Origin: Mobula hypostoma
Lineage: Eukaryota
Reading direction: 5' to 3'
NCBI RefSeq assembly: GCF_963921235.1
Contig: NC_086097.1
Coordinates: 202,804,001-202,864,000, forward strand
DNA: 60,000 nucleotides
The notes beneath the pieces were generated by a model. The model did not search any database. It was not told where the DNA came from and saw only the letters and a program-made list of their open reading frames with translations. Of this stretch, positions 25,411-38,602 are shown one piece after another. A program made the position numbers and the translations under genes. How positions within the stretch are numbered: position 1 is the first letter of the stretch; every line of letters starts with the position of its first letter.

Positions 25411-27339
25411 TTATCTCTTTTTAAATTTTTTGAGCATGAGATGATGCCCTCCAACATATTCAACCATCTTTTGAGTGTATGACTCCATTGAATGAGAGTT
25501 TATTGCCTTCAATTTTATTGGACCTCCTTGATGCACAAATGATCAAGTTGCGAGACATCACAAGAGATGAAACCTATTTTGTACCTGCCACCACATCATC
25601 TGCATGATCTGCTCCCTTAAGACATGTTAATTTTATTCAGATCTTTATTGTAGAGTTATCAAATTTATTTCATTTTGCCCAAGTCCAGGAACTGAACAAT
25701 TTACCCATCTTCTTTTCTTTTCTGCTGTATTCCAAAAAATATTTAAAGCAGAAACTCAAGATCACATGAAGACTATTTTATGGATCCTCTATCTAATTTT
25801 CATCCCTTTCAGCTAAGTACAGTATATCCTGAAAACCTTTAACTTGGCTTGTCAATTGTAAATGCATCGGGTTAAAGTGTGTTGCCCCTTTTTTTAATCT
25901 GTCATTTATTGTCCATCCTTAATCACCTACTGAATTGAGGGGACAGTGAGATTGTATTTTCTCTGCTTACAGTCTAATTATATGACAAATGGTGCTGAAA
26001 GTTATGATGTGCGAAATAATGGAACAAATATCCATGCTCTTTTTAAAAATAATGTTTATAAAAGGAGCTCAAGTATTCATGATAAGGTCCATATGTCATT
26101 TACAAGCAATGTTTCTATTCCTTGTAATAATATTAAAACATAAATTAGATTTGCAGAAATTACTCCTCAAAAAAATGGGATTTCTGCTCTGGACATTTCC
26201 TGGTAGTATTTTTGAACTGAGATAACAACATTAATCTATAGCTTCCATTTTTCCTTAATATTCTTTAATGAACTAAGGTTGTCATAAAGTAAGATGTTTG
26301 AAGCTGAATTAGTCTAGCGCAGGTAAGCATAGCGCCTGCAATCAGTTTTAATCTTGTTTCTGACAAAAGTAAAATTAGAAATTTACACAAGGGACAATTA
26401 TTCATAATTTGGTTAATATTAAATGAGTCCTTTCAAATATTTATTTATTTACTTGCTTTAAGAAAACTGAACATTTACTATCCAACATATAAATAGTTCT
26501 GAGAGGAGGCACCTGCAGTTCAATTGTTTTTTGAAACTTGTCATATCCATGTTGAAGGCGTGACTTCAAAAATGAGATAAACAACTATACTCCAGCTGAA
26601 TCTGTAGTTGATAAGTGTTGTTGATATGGTAACTAGTGCTTTTGTTGTTTTGCAAATAAAATGTTAATTGTTCTGATAGTAAGGTACATTCAATTTAACT
26701 TTTCTCCCTGTTAGAATGTTGAATATTGAATATCTACTTTGAAAAGAATTTGGGAGTCTTTGTATTCTGTGGAATTGCTTTATTAATATTAATACAAATT
26801 AGCTCTACTAATGAATTGCATACTTTAGTCTTCAAGCACAAATCATATATTTCTCAACACAGCAATTTTTTTTGCAAAGACTGATAATATAGTTTACCAG
26901 ATTATGGGTCATATTCAGTTAAGTAAGAGGATTTAGCTTTCATATTTGTATAACACTATTGATGACTATATAATTGATGTTTTGTTTTAAAATAAATTTA
27001 AAATTTTAGCCAAATTGCTCTTATAAAATGGTCATTCAGTGATCTCATCATTATGAATAATTTTCTATTGAGCACTGATTATATGATTCTCTTTAGATGC
27101 ATTCTTTCATCAGCAGTACATTTGTGGTTTCTTGCAGTAAATCCCATGTTTCCAATTGTCTTCTATCAATCAGAATGAGTTAACTTTAAACCCTGTGATA
27201 CCTTTGGTTTGTAAACTAACAGTTGATTAGATGAGAATTCCAGAATGATAACTTGAAAACCCTGTTTGTTATGGCTGAACAATTACAACTATCATTATCT
27301 GTCCTTGATGCACAGCAAATAATTTATAATCCATTTAAG

Positions 27340-28145
27340 AATTTACAGACCCTGGAAAAACAAGAAAGCCATTAGGTCCAAACAAGTCTTACCTATTCAT
27401 AAGTAAGTTCCTCCCAACCACTCGCCCCTTTTACTTCCCAATCACTTCCAACTGTGTGTCTCTCTCCATTCCAATTTGGCTTTCTTTAATGGCTTTTCTA
27501 GTATGCTACAATATCTGTTTGAAATGGAGATGCTACTCTATAATGATTGATTGTTCAGTAAATTAAATAATTTGCCTAAGTTAATTTGTCAATTCCTTAT
27601 CGTAATTTCGATGAGTTGCTTTTCCCCAAAGGAAATAATTCTGATTTCTTCAATCTTGCCATACCATTCCTAAAGCTAGAATAATCTTATTGGCTATGTA
27701 TTCCTCAAAAAATGTACCTTATAATGCAGGGAGCAGAATACAGGACTGATTTGGGAGTATCATTTTCATAGAAATATCTGCAAACAAAGAATCTAGTCGC
27801 TACTTTTTGGAACACCAATAAAAGCTTTGTAAACATTAAATCATGGAATTGCTATGGCACAGAAATATGTCATTCAGTCCTCTGAATCTATACTGGCCTT
27901 TAGTCAAGCAAATCAGTCACTGTTATTCAGCAACTCTTAACCTACATTTCTGTGGATTATTTTCCCTTGTGCCTACAATTCCATAATGCCATAAAACATA
28001 GTAGCAGAATTAGGCCATTCCATCATGGCTGATCCCGGATCCCACTCACCCCATACACCTACCTTCTCGCGATATCGTTTGATGCCCTGACCGATCAGGG
28101 AATTATCAACTTCCGTCTTAAATATACCCATGGACTTGGCTTCTA
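27340..28145 (-). mobile_element. CR1 3' tail fragments
   Basis: cataaaacatagtagcagaattaggccattc at 27990-28145; older pieces upstream. Confidence 0.55.
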
Positions 28146-29361
28146 TTTAAAAACTCTGAATGGCTCAGGTTCTATTGCCCTTGCGATTCCTCTTAGTAAT
28201 TTGTATGCAGAACTATAAACCTCTACACCCTTGGTCCGTAAACAACTCATTGGTGCGGAAGACATCTCTCTATTTGCCCTCTTTAACTAATAACAATTGT
28301 CACATCTCTTTTAAATGTCTTAATCCTGTTTAATCAAAGAACCCAGTTTCTCTTCGTTGTTCAAAAACTATTGTTTTCTTTTGATGAATTAATAAGGTTA
28401 ATGAAGGGAATGTAGTAGTATGAAATCTGCTGAAAAAATAATTTCTAAATAAAAGGAATGAGGCAGTTTTTGGCTGTACAAACAGTTTTCAGTGTAGAGG
28501 ACTGATGTTTGAACACGGGTGATATTGCTCGGAGAGGAACTTTTTATGCAATTGGCTAGGAGGTGTTCTTCAAAAAAGAAGCAAGAAATCGCATGTAGAG
28601 CTTGTTCTAAAAATGATTTACTTTTGGCTTTTAATTGTATGCTGTATCGTTCAAACACTGGTATCAGAGAACTGTACTGAAGATTAACTTGTTAACTTTT
28701 ACCTTTGTAACAGAAAAATAAACATTGTGTCTGGTTGTTACAGTCAGAGTCCTACTTACCGGCTATATGACAAATATGACTATAAAATAGCAAATAGTAA
28801 TTACATCAGTATTTATTTTTAATGCAATTTACTTTCTTTAACCCTGTACACAGCATACATCTTCACCCAAATTTATGAACAAACATTACAATTACAAAAC
28901 TGATATTAATTTAAACCTTGTCAATGTGAACAATAAAATGAGAATGTTATAAGTAACTGCAATGTTTGAAGTTAGTCCAGGTGGTCAGAGTTCAAAGTCT
29001 GGAAGAGTTTGAACTTCTCACTGCAGTAATGTTCCAAAATTTTAGTGAGTACATTTGTAAGAAGAAAAAGTTTTCCAAGTCACCAAAGCAGAACTCTTGA
29101 GTGACCTGGAATGCCGTTAGTTCAATTCATTGAATTATGTGCCTTGCCTTTTAAGAATGATGTTTTATATTGAGGGAAGGAGCCTAATGATTGAACCAAA
29201 AGCTTCCAATCCCTGCCAAAGGATCATAGAGTAACCCTGCCATTTGGGGGAATATTAAGTCTCCCATTATTGGCTTGTGCAGTGATTCTTGGCAAGAAGA
29301 AACTGGATGAGATTGTTGACAATGACTAGGAAGTCAAGCAGCTGAAGACATTCTTGGATGT

Positions 29362-29540
29362 AACAGGCAAGAGAAAATCTGCAAATGCTGAAAATCCAAG
29401 CAACACACACAAAATGCTGGAGGAACTCATCAGGCCAGGCAGTTTTGCTGAAGGGTCTTGGCATGAAACGTCGACTGTACTCTTTTCCATAGAAGTTGGC
29501 TGGTTTGCTGAGTTCCTCCAGCATTTTGTGTGTGTTGCAT
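29362..29540. repeat. Penelope-derived inverted repeat with partial hammerhead motif
   Basis: gcaacacacacaaaatgctggaggaactca / tgagttcctccagcattttgtgtgtgttgc; gaaacgtcgactg retained. Confidence 0.75.
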
Positions 29541-30139
29541 TCTTGAATGTAGAGCTTTTGCTGTTACTTTGAGGCATAGTGATACGCTTCACCATTCCTC
29601 ACAGAAAAAGAGCAGCTCTACAGGCACTTGAAGAATTTGTCTTCATTTTATAATTACTTCATGACTGCACTGATACCACCTTGCTAATAAACTGGACTAC
29701 AACAGAACCAATCTCATTGGGGACCACTGTGAAACAAAGCTACATTATTGTCCTGACATTTTTTCTCAATCTTTCTTGCTTTTCTTCGTCTGACTACTAA
29801 CAAACCTTTCAAGCTAATCTTGACAACAAATGGAAAATTGTTCAACCTACTGGATGTATGTTCCAGAACCAAGGCCACCCAAGCCTCTGTAGTTGAGTGG
29901 CAGTGTGCAGACAGAATTTGACTAGATGGGACCATTACACAACACCTGTAAGACAAAGATCGTCTAGCAACCTGCCCCCTGTGTACCACATTGTCCTTTC
30001 ATAATCAGGTTCACAGCAAAATTCTGGAAAGCATGGACCACCACATAGTTGAGGAGCTATTTCTGTGCACAGAAAGGCAAAGATAGTAACATTAACCACT
30101 GTCTTCAATGTACCAGCACAGACTTTGTCTGATTAAGTA

Positions 30140-31330
30140 ATAGGGTATTTGATGATCAAGACCTCAGTTAAACATTTATGGTATTGGGAGATGAGGGTTA
30201 AAAATTCAATGGAGTGGTTCAGAGGCAGATTATAGAGAGAATGCAATTGGAGAGAGAATTAAGGAGAAAGGCAAGAAGAATGTGATTGTACTAGAATGAG
30301 TTCTGAGGAGATTTATACTTATGAAGGAAAACCAACAAGTTTGGAGCTTTTCTATGTGCAATATAGGGGAAGTTTAAGACAAATGAATTTAAAGAGCTTG
30401 GACAAGAAGGACTTATTTCACTTAAGAGGGAGATTGATAACTCTAATTATGGAATTAAATTGATTGATATTATATTTGGAAGGAAGTTGAATTTTTTCAG
30501 CTGAAATTTGGTGTGGGAGTCAGAAAACACTACCTAAGAGAGTTAGGGGCTTAAATCGTCATTGGTTTGAAAGCTACCTGGATAAGCACCAGGAGAACCA
30601 AAACCTACAAGCCTGTGGGTCAAAATTTGGAAAGTAGGGGTATAACAAATGGATCCATTTTTGACTGACACAGACAAAATAGGACTGAATGGCTGTCCTC
30701 TGTATGCAAATTTATGCAATTCAATAACATTTTTTTTAAACTTGGAAAGCTAAAACATTACCATGAAAATTTTAAATTTTCGTAAAGACTGCAAATCAAA
30801 TTGGTTGAAATAATTTGGAAGATCATAGAATATTTAGACAGTGATCTGATATAAAGTGCAATGGATGCAGGTTTTTACACCTTGTTAAAATTAAAGACTT
30901 TATTCTCATATTAAAGGATCTTTTTTGAAGAAATTTGTTAAAGACACAGGTTAGTATGAAATGGGAAATTTGAATTTAAAGCCTTGTACGTAGCTATGAG
31001 AATGCAATAGCTTAAGTTGTTTGGAAAATCAGACCAAGACGTTAAATGGTTTTTTTCCAACATTGTCAATGATCATACATCTTGGTGAAAATGATGCAAA
31101 AAGGAGGATACGGATAACACTAGAATAAATTATAAGAAAATGTTTATAATGTTACAAAGATAAAACAAACCTGAGTACTGGGAGAATTATTTGGCAAAGA
31201 TATAAGAGAGCAAGAAGAGGGATTAGCAATACAAGTTCACAAGGGGTACTTCTGAAAATTGTTGAGCTTCTACAATAATGGGGAAAGTAATGGAGAGGCA
31301 AAAACAAACAAGGGCCCCAGAGAGTTAGTG
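30140..31330 (+). mobile_element. Very old CR1 fragments
   Basis: Degraded RT and 3'UTR similarity (ggactgaatggctgtcctctgt). Confidence 0.45.
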
Positions 31331-31464
31331 ACAAATGAAATTATGAATTAAAAACAGGAAGTTTGAGAAAGCAAAACTGGCAGCATTTTTAGAAAGCAAG
31401 AAACAAAATTAATGTTTCAAGTTAATGACCTCTCATTAGAACAGGGAAAAACTAAAAATGGTGA

Positions 31465-34400
31465 GACCATTTGATATAGGTGCAGAATTAGGCCATTTGG
31501 CCCATCGAATCAGTTCAGGCATCTCTTTGTAAGCTGGTCCATTTCCTTCTCAACCCAATCTCCTGCCTTCTCCCCATAACCCTTCATGCCCTGACTAATC
31601 AAGAAAGTATGAACCTCTGCCTTAAATATACCCAATGACCTGTCCTCAACGGTTTCCCCCGTGTCAGCGAATTGCACATATTCACCATTCCCTGGCTAAA
31701 GAAATTCCTTATTTCCATTCTATATGGGCGTCTCTTTATTCTGAAGTTGTGTCCTCTGGTCCTTGACTTCCCCCACCACAGAAAACGTCATCTCCACATC
31801 CACTCCATCAAGGCCTTTCAACATTCAATTGGCTTCAATGAGATTCCACCCCACCCCCACCCATTTTTCTGAATTCCAGTCAGTATGGGCCCAGAGCTAT
31901 CAATCTGTCCTCATATGGTATCCTTTTCATTCCTGGAATCATTCTTGTGAACCTCCACAGAACCCTGTCCAAAGTCAGCACATCCTTTCTTAGATAAAAG
32001 GCCCAAAACTGCTCACAATGCTCCAAGTGAGGTCTTAATACACGTTATAAAGCCTCGATATTACATCCTTGCTTTTATGTTCCAGTCCTCTCGAAACAGA
32101 TGTTTACACTGCATTTGCCTTCATCACCACTGACTCAACCTGCAAATTAATCTTTATGAAATCCTGCATGATTCACAAGTCCCTTTGCACCTCAGTTTTG
32201 AATTTCCTCTCCAAATAGAAAAAAAGGCTGCACTTTTATTTCTTCTACCAAAGTGCATGACCATACATTTCTTGACTCTGTATTCCATCTGCCATTTCTT
32301 TGCCCATTATCCTAATCTGTTTAAGTCCTTCTGTAGCCTGCCTACTTCCTCAGTGCTACCTGCACCTCTACCTTTCTTCGTGTCCTGTGCAAACTTGGCC
32401 ACAAGGCCATCAATTCCATCATCCAGATCATTGACATATAATGTAAAAAGAATCGGTCCCAACACAGACCTCTAGTCGCTGGCAGCCAAGCAGAAAAGGC
32501 TCCCTTTATTCCCACTCTTTGCTTCCTGCCAATCAGCCACTGCTTTATGCATGCTAGTATCTTTCCTGGGCTCTTAACTTGTTATGCAACCTCATGTGTG
32601 GCACCTTGTCAAAGGCCTTCTGAAAATCCAAGTACAGTTTGACCGATTCTCCTTTGTCTATCTTGCTTGTTATTTCTTCAAAGAATTCAAACAGATTTGT
32701 CAGGCAAGATGTTCCCTTAAGGAAACCATGCTGACTACGGTCTATTTTATCATGTGCCTCCAAGTACCCCAAAACTACATCCTTTAACAATCAACACCAA
32801 CATTTTGCCCAGCCACTGAGCTCAGAGAAAATGGTCAATAACTTACTTTCTTCTGCCTCTCTCCCTTCTTCAAGAGTGGAATGACTTTTGCAATTTTCCA
32901 GTCCTCCAGAACCATACCAGAATATATTGATTCTTGAAAGATTGTTCTTAATGCCACCAGAATCTCTTTGCCACCTCTTTCAGAATGTTGGGGTGTACAC
33001 CATCTGGTCCAGGTGATTTATCTACCTTCAGAGCTTTCAGTTTCCCAAGCACCTTCTCTCTAATATGGCAACTTTACTCATTTCTGTCTCCTGACACACT
33101 CGAACTTCTGACATATTGCTAGTATCTTATACAGTGAAGACTGATGCAAAATACTTATCCAAATCATTCGCCATTTCCTTGTCCCCCATGACTACCTCTC
33201 TAGCAACATTTCCAGTGGCCCGAGATCTACTCTTGCTTTTCTTTACTCTTTATATATCCGAAGAAACTTTTGCTATCCTCTTTAATAATACTGGCTAGTT
33301 TACCTTTCATCTTTTCGTTCCTTAATGCAATTCTTTTAATTGCCTTCTGATTTTAAAAGTTTCCTATTCCTCTAACTTCTTACTAATTTTTACTCTATTA
33401 TATGCCCTCTCTTTGGCTTTTATGTTGGCTTTGACTTCACTTGTCAGCCATGGTTGTGTCATCCTGCCTTTAGAATACAGGTTTCCCCCGCCATCTGAAG
33501 GTAGAGCGTTCCTATGAAACGGTTCGTAAGCTGAAATGTTGTAAAACGAAGAAGCGATTACCATTTATTTATATGGGAAAATTTTGTGAGCATTCGTGGA
33601 CCTAAAAATAACCTACCAAATCATGCCAAATAACACATAAAACCTAAAATAACAGTAACATATAGTAAAAGCAGGAATGATATGATAAATACACAGCCTA
33701 TATAAAGTAGAAATACTTTTCCACAATCATTACTGAACTGTTCTCTGGAGCGAAAATCTCACACAAGCGCCGTCGGCAGAAAATCTCATGCAAGCGCTGT
33801 TGGCAAAAACACGGCGCACGGCGTAACCTTTAAGCTATGAAGCTGCCAAATCAAACCAAATAACACGTAAAAATACACAGCCGATATAAAGTAGAAATAA
33901 TGTATGTACAGTGTAGTGTTACTTACGGGAATCGGGACAGCTTGCCGAGCACACTGACGATGGTGTGTTAGACTGAGTTGTCGGAGTTTGGGTGGTGCAG
34001 TGGCCCCCCACCCTCCAGGCTGCTGAGCGATACATTGCCGCGAAGAACGCAGGGGTCCAGCGGTAGCCGGGAGGTACACAGCACATCTTTAAGAAAAAGC
34101 CAAAATATGCTAATTAATTAGGTGCCGCCATAATTGTCAGCCCAGATCAGTGCCGATTTCCGATTACGTTGTCTCTGACCTGGGCCGACAATTATGTGTC
34201 GGCGGCACCTAATTAATTAGCATGTTTATTTTGGCTTTTTTCTTAAAGATGTGCTGTGTGCCTCCCGGCTACCTTTGCATTCTCCGTGAATCGGTATCTG
34301 TCCGTGGCCTGGGGGTTGGGGTGGTGGGGCACTGGGGTGTCATTTCGTCGCCTGTTTCCATTAGAGCAAGCAGCTCATCTTCTCCTATGACTGCCCACCT

Positions 34401-35990
34401 CGATGTCGAAGGTCAAGGTTCGTCGCCTGCTGTGGCTGATGTGGAAGGTTTGTTTGACTGCTGAACCTCGCGTATTTCTCTATCACACAGTTCTTTAATA
34501 AGGACTCAAACCATCCTACAAATATCCCCTAAGCTGACGTACCCTTTCAAAATTAAAGTCGTACTTTATCAATACTCATTCAGTTTCGATTGTTATCCTT
34601 TATTCTTCCAATTGCATCAGCTCTTCATCTGTCAGTTCTTGTTGATGGGATGCCAAAACCTCTTCAACATCATCTTCGTCTACTTCCACAAGCCAAACTC
34701 ACATTGTCCTTACTTCGTTCACCACAATCAAAACGCTTAATGATGTCTTGTTTTACTGTAAGTGTAATACCCGTATGAGCTCTTTCAGGCTTTTCCGATA
34801 CCATAGAACTCATCTTGCAAAAGGCTGCTCACAGACTTGTGTTTAAGCAATGCCAGCGAGAATCCGGGGGAGAGCGGCTGCTCGGGGCGTGCTGCCTTTT
34901 ATCGCGTGCTGAATTTTTTTTTCGTAACAGTGAAAACACCTTCTGAAAGCGAAAATAGGGTACTAATGTAGGTCTTTTGTAACAGTGAGGTTTTGTAAAG
35001 TGAACATTCGAAAAGCGGGGGACACCTGTACTACTTCTATGGATTTATCTATCCTGTGCCTAACAAATTGCTTACAGAAATTTCAGCCATTGCTGTTCTG
35101 CCATCATCCCTGCTAGTGTCCTCTTCCAATCAACTTTGGCCAGCTCCTCTCTCATGCCTCTGTAATTTCCTTTCCTCAACTATAATACTGATACATTTGA
35201 CTTTATCTTCTCCCTCTCAAATTGAGGGTGAATTCCATCAGATTATGATCACTGGTCTCTAAGGGTTCCTTTACCATAAGCTCTTGAATCATTGCACAAC
35301 ACCCAGTCCAGAATAGCTGATCCCACTAAATAGCCATCTTGTAGCCATTCTACAAATTCCACCTCTTGCGATCTAGTACCAACCTGATTTTCCCAATCTA
35401 CCTGCATATTGAAATTCCCCATGCCTATCATAACATTGCCCCTTTGACATGCCTTCTCTATTTCCCATTGTAATTTGTACCCCACACCCTGGCTACTCTA
35501 TGGGGAATGCCTGTATATAACTCCCATCAGGGTGTTTTTATCCTTGCAGTTTCTTATCTCTACCCACAAGAATTTTACATCTTCTGATCCTGTGCCACCT
35601 CTTTCTAAGGTTTTGATTTCATTTTTTAGCAACAGAGCCACCCTCTGCCTCTGCTATCTGCCAGTCCTTTCAGTACAATGTGTTTCCTTGAATGTTAATC
35701 TCCCAGCTGTAATCCTCTATCAGCCATGACTCAGTGATGTCCACCACTTCATACCTGCCAATCTCTAACTGTGTTACAAGTCCATCTACCTTATTCCATA
35801 TACTGTGTGCATTGAAATATAATACCTTCAGTCTTGTATTCATCACCTTTTTCAATTTTGCCTCCTTTTACATGCAACATCCTGATGACTGTAATTTTCC
35901 CCGATCATCAGCCTGTCCTTGCTAGCAGTCTCACAACACGCTGCCTCTGTTTGCAAACCAACCACCCCATCCTCAGCCCTCTGGCTCCTA
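31465..35990 (-). mobile_element. CR1 LINE spanning APE to 3' end, degraded, containing a Tigger insertion
   Basis: LKVLYFNAHSI, DITESWL, MGNFN (APE); [24 protein letters not shown] (RT); tail at 31465. Confidence 0.9.
33478..35028 (-). mobile_element. Tigger/pogo-like DNA transposon, internally deleted
   Basis: TIRs caggtttcccccgc / gcgggggacacctg, TA on both flanks; minus strand reads MVSEKPERAHTGITLTVKQDIIKRFDCGE then EDDVEEVLASHQQELTDEELMQLE. Confidence 0.88.
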
Positions 35991-37029
35991 TTCCATCATG
36001 AAGAATGGAGAGAACTAAAGAAGGAATAAGGTGAAAGTAGTGGACTTTGTGAGAGGGTGATGCAGCTTTGTTAGTCACAAATGTGTCCAGAGAAGGTGTA
36101 ACTAGAAGTTGAAGGAAAGCAGAAGTGGAGAGAAGACAGGGAAAAGAGCAATGTTGCGCAGTGATGTAGGCTGCAGAAGCGAAGAAGCTAGATATCTGCA
36201 ATTAAAGCAGAGTGCTGGAAATGCCTAGCAGATAGCATTTGTGGATATATATTTATTTATTTATTTAATCAATCTTGTATTTGATAACCTTGAAATTGCC
36301 ACTTTTAATAAACCATAGAAAATTCAGTATATGAAATGTTAACTTCCCCACATTCTGGAACAGTTCCAGTGCACCTAACTGTGCTGTTTTAGAAAGAGTA
36401 AAGAGAACTATAACCTCATGCTCACAAGCCATTGCACACTGCCTTCTCCTTGCTTCTCACCAGGTTTCAAGGGCCCACATTTCCAAATCCCTGTTATAGC
36501 CTCGCATTGGGCCTGTGTTCTTGTACACTGGTTCCGAATTGTGGTTGGAAGAGAAGGTCATAGAGCTGGGTATTTTGCAGTAATTGACCTATTACATAAC
36601 AGACCAGAATTGTTCCTCCATCCTTCAAGGCACAACAACACTTGTCTTTGCACCATGCGGTACAGAGCAACTTGCATGATTAGCACCTCGCTATGCTAAT
36701 TATATATTCCCTGCCCACTAAGGTTCTGACTGCATTGTGTACCTTGTGTAAGGTACATGGCAGCTGTTTGTTTAGACCATTATGACAGCATCTCCAAAAC
36801 CAGTGACTAGGAGGTTGGACTGAATTGTCTTTCAGCAAGGTGTGAAAAATCCCTCAAGAGTAGTGCAAGTGCATAATATTGCCAGAGGGGACTTCATATT
36901 TTAAAAAGGAATCTGGCAATAGTCAATAACAGTCCCTCTTTCTTGTTCTGAATAGCTTACTTAAGATTTCATTCCTATTCCCACTGTTAAAGTACCAAGT
37001 TAGAGTAATGAGGTTATGGAAACATACAA

Positions 37030-37515
37030 TTTTTATCCTGATTAATGAAGGCCAGCATGCCAAATGCCTTGTCTGCCTGTGGTACTGCTTTCAGCAAACC
37101 ATGCTTTTGCAGTCCTATGTTCCTCTATTCCAGAACACTCTACAGAGCTCTACCATTTATTTTACAAGTCTTACCCTGGTTTGCTCTCCCAAAATGCAAT
37201 ACATCATATTTATCTGGATTGAAAGCTATTTGCCAGTCCTCAGCCTACTTATCTAGCTGATCCAGTTCCCCCCTGTAAGTCTTGAAAACCTTCTACACTA
37301 TCTGCAACACCACATATTTTAGCATTCTCCACAAACTGACTAACCATGCCTTGTAATTCACATCTAAACTTTTATATAAATTTCTAACAACAGGAGTCCC
37401 AACACCAACCGCTCTGGCACTCCACTAGACGTAGCCCTCCAGTCTAAGAAACAGCTTCCAGTCATTATTGTCTGCTGCTTACCACTGAGCCCCCAGATAC
37501 CATGCGATCTCACAC
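37030..37515 (-). mobile_element. Old CR1 RT fragment
   Basis: tgaaggccagcatgcca, ccaaaatgcaatacatcatatttatc, tggcactccactag. Confidence 0.6.
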
Positions 37516-38602
37516 TTTCAGCTTATTACTTTTTATTAAAATCACATTTAAATTCATTAGACATGATTCCAGGTACTGAAAGCTTCATGTCTTTGTGAAG
37601 CTTCTGTATTTCTGCAATGAATGACGAGGGTTTTCTTTCTCACTTTGTGTAGAATAATGAAAACCCCTTCAGGAACTGTGATTATGCAAACATGATTGTG
37701 TTGAAAATGATATACTGTCGGCAGTTCCCAGATGATGGCAGGGCTTCATGACCCAAACTGTTTGTAAGTCGGAAATGAACAAAACAGTGTGTGAGGAAGG
37801 ATCACAGAGACAGTTGAGACAGGAGAGTGAGCAGTCATGGGAAGAGCAGCTGCCAGCCAGTCTCACTGACTCAGCATGACCTAGTCCCTAATTATGGTGG
37901 CACTGAGGAAGGAAGTGAAGGCACATGAAAATGTTCCATTCCCACCATCAATATCAATATTTGATATCGAAAGAATGTACTTGCAGTTCTGACAAAGCTG
38001 TTTTGACCTGAAACACTTACTGTGTTTCCCTTTCACAGATATTGCCTGATGATCTGAGGTTTTCTGGCAGTTTCAGGTTTCCAGCAATTGCAAGTTTTTA
38101 ATTCAATAAATATCTGGTGATTTGGACCATGGCCCTGCACATCCTTCCTGTCCATGTACCTATCTACATTTCTCTTGGTGTTGAAGTCAAGCCCACATCC
38201 ACCACTTTTGCTCACACCACCCTCTGAGTGGAGAAGTTCCCCTCATGTTCCCCTGAAACATTTCACCTTTCATACCTGTTAACATTTGGGTCAATGCCTT
38301 GCATTAGGAATAAGAGATGAGACAGCCTATATGAAGAGGAGAGAGAGGTAGTAAGTAATAGGTGCACCAAGGAAGGGTGAAGAATGCTGGTTAGATTCAG
38401 CCAGGTACCGGGGAGGGGAAGGTAAGGGTGGAGACTGTTTCTGAATGGTGATGAATGGAAATACAAAGGCTACTATTGTTGGAATCTATAAAATAAAGAA
38501 AGTGATAATCATAACTATTAAGAGAGAGGTGAAGGGCAGGTGGTAATTAGAGGCATAGAGTCATAGGATACTACAGCACAGAAACAGGCCCTTTGGCCCA
38601 TC

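Noticed and set aside
28398..28658. 86-aa minus-strand ORF
   Set aside because: GTG start, no motif, no convincing splice context.
37749..37751. In-frame TGA as selenocysteine
   Set aside because: No redox motif and no recognisable SECIS.
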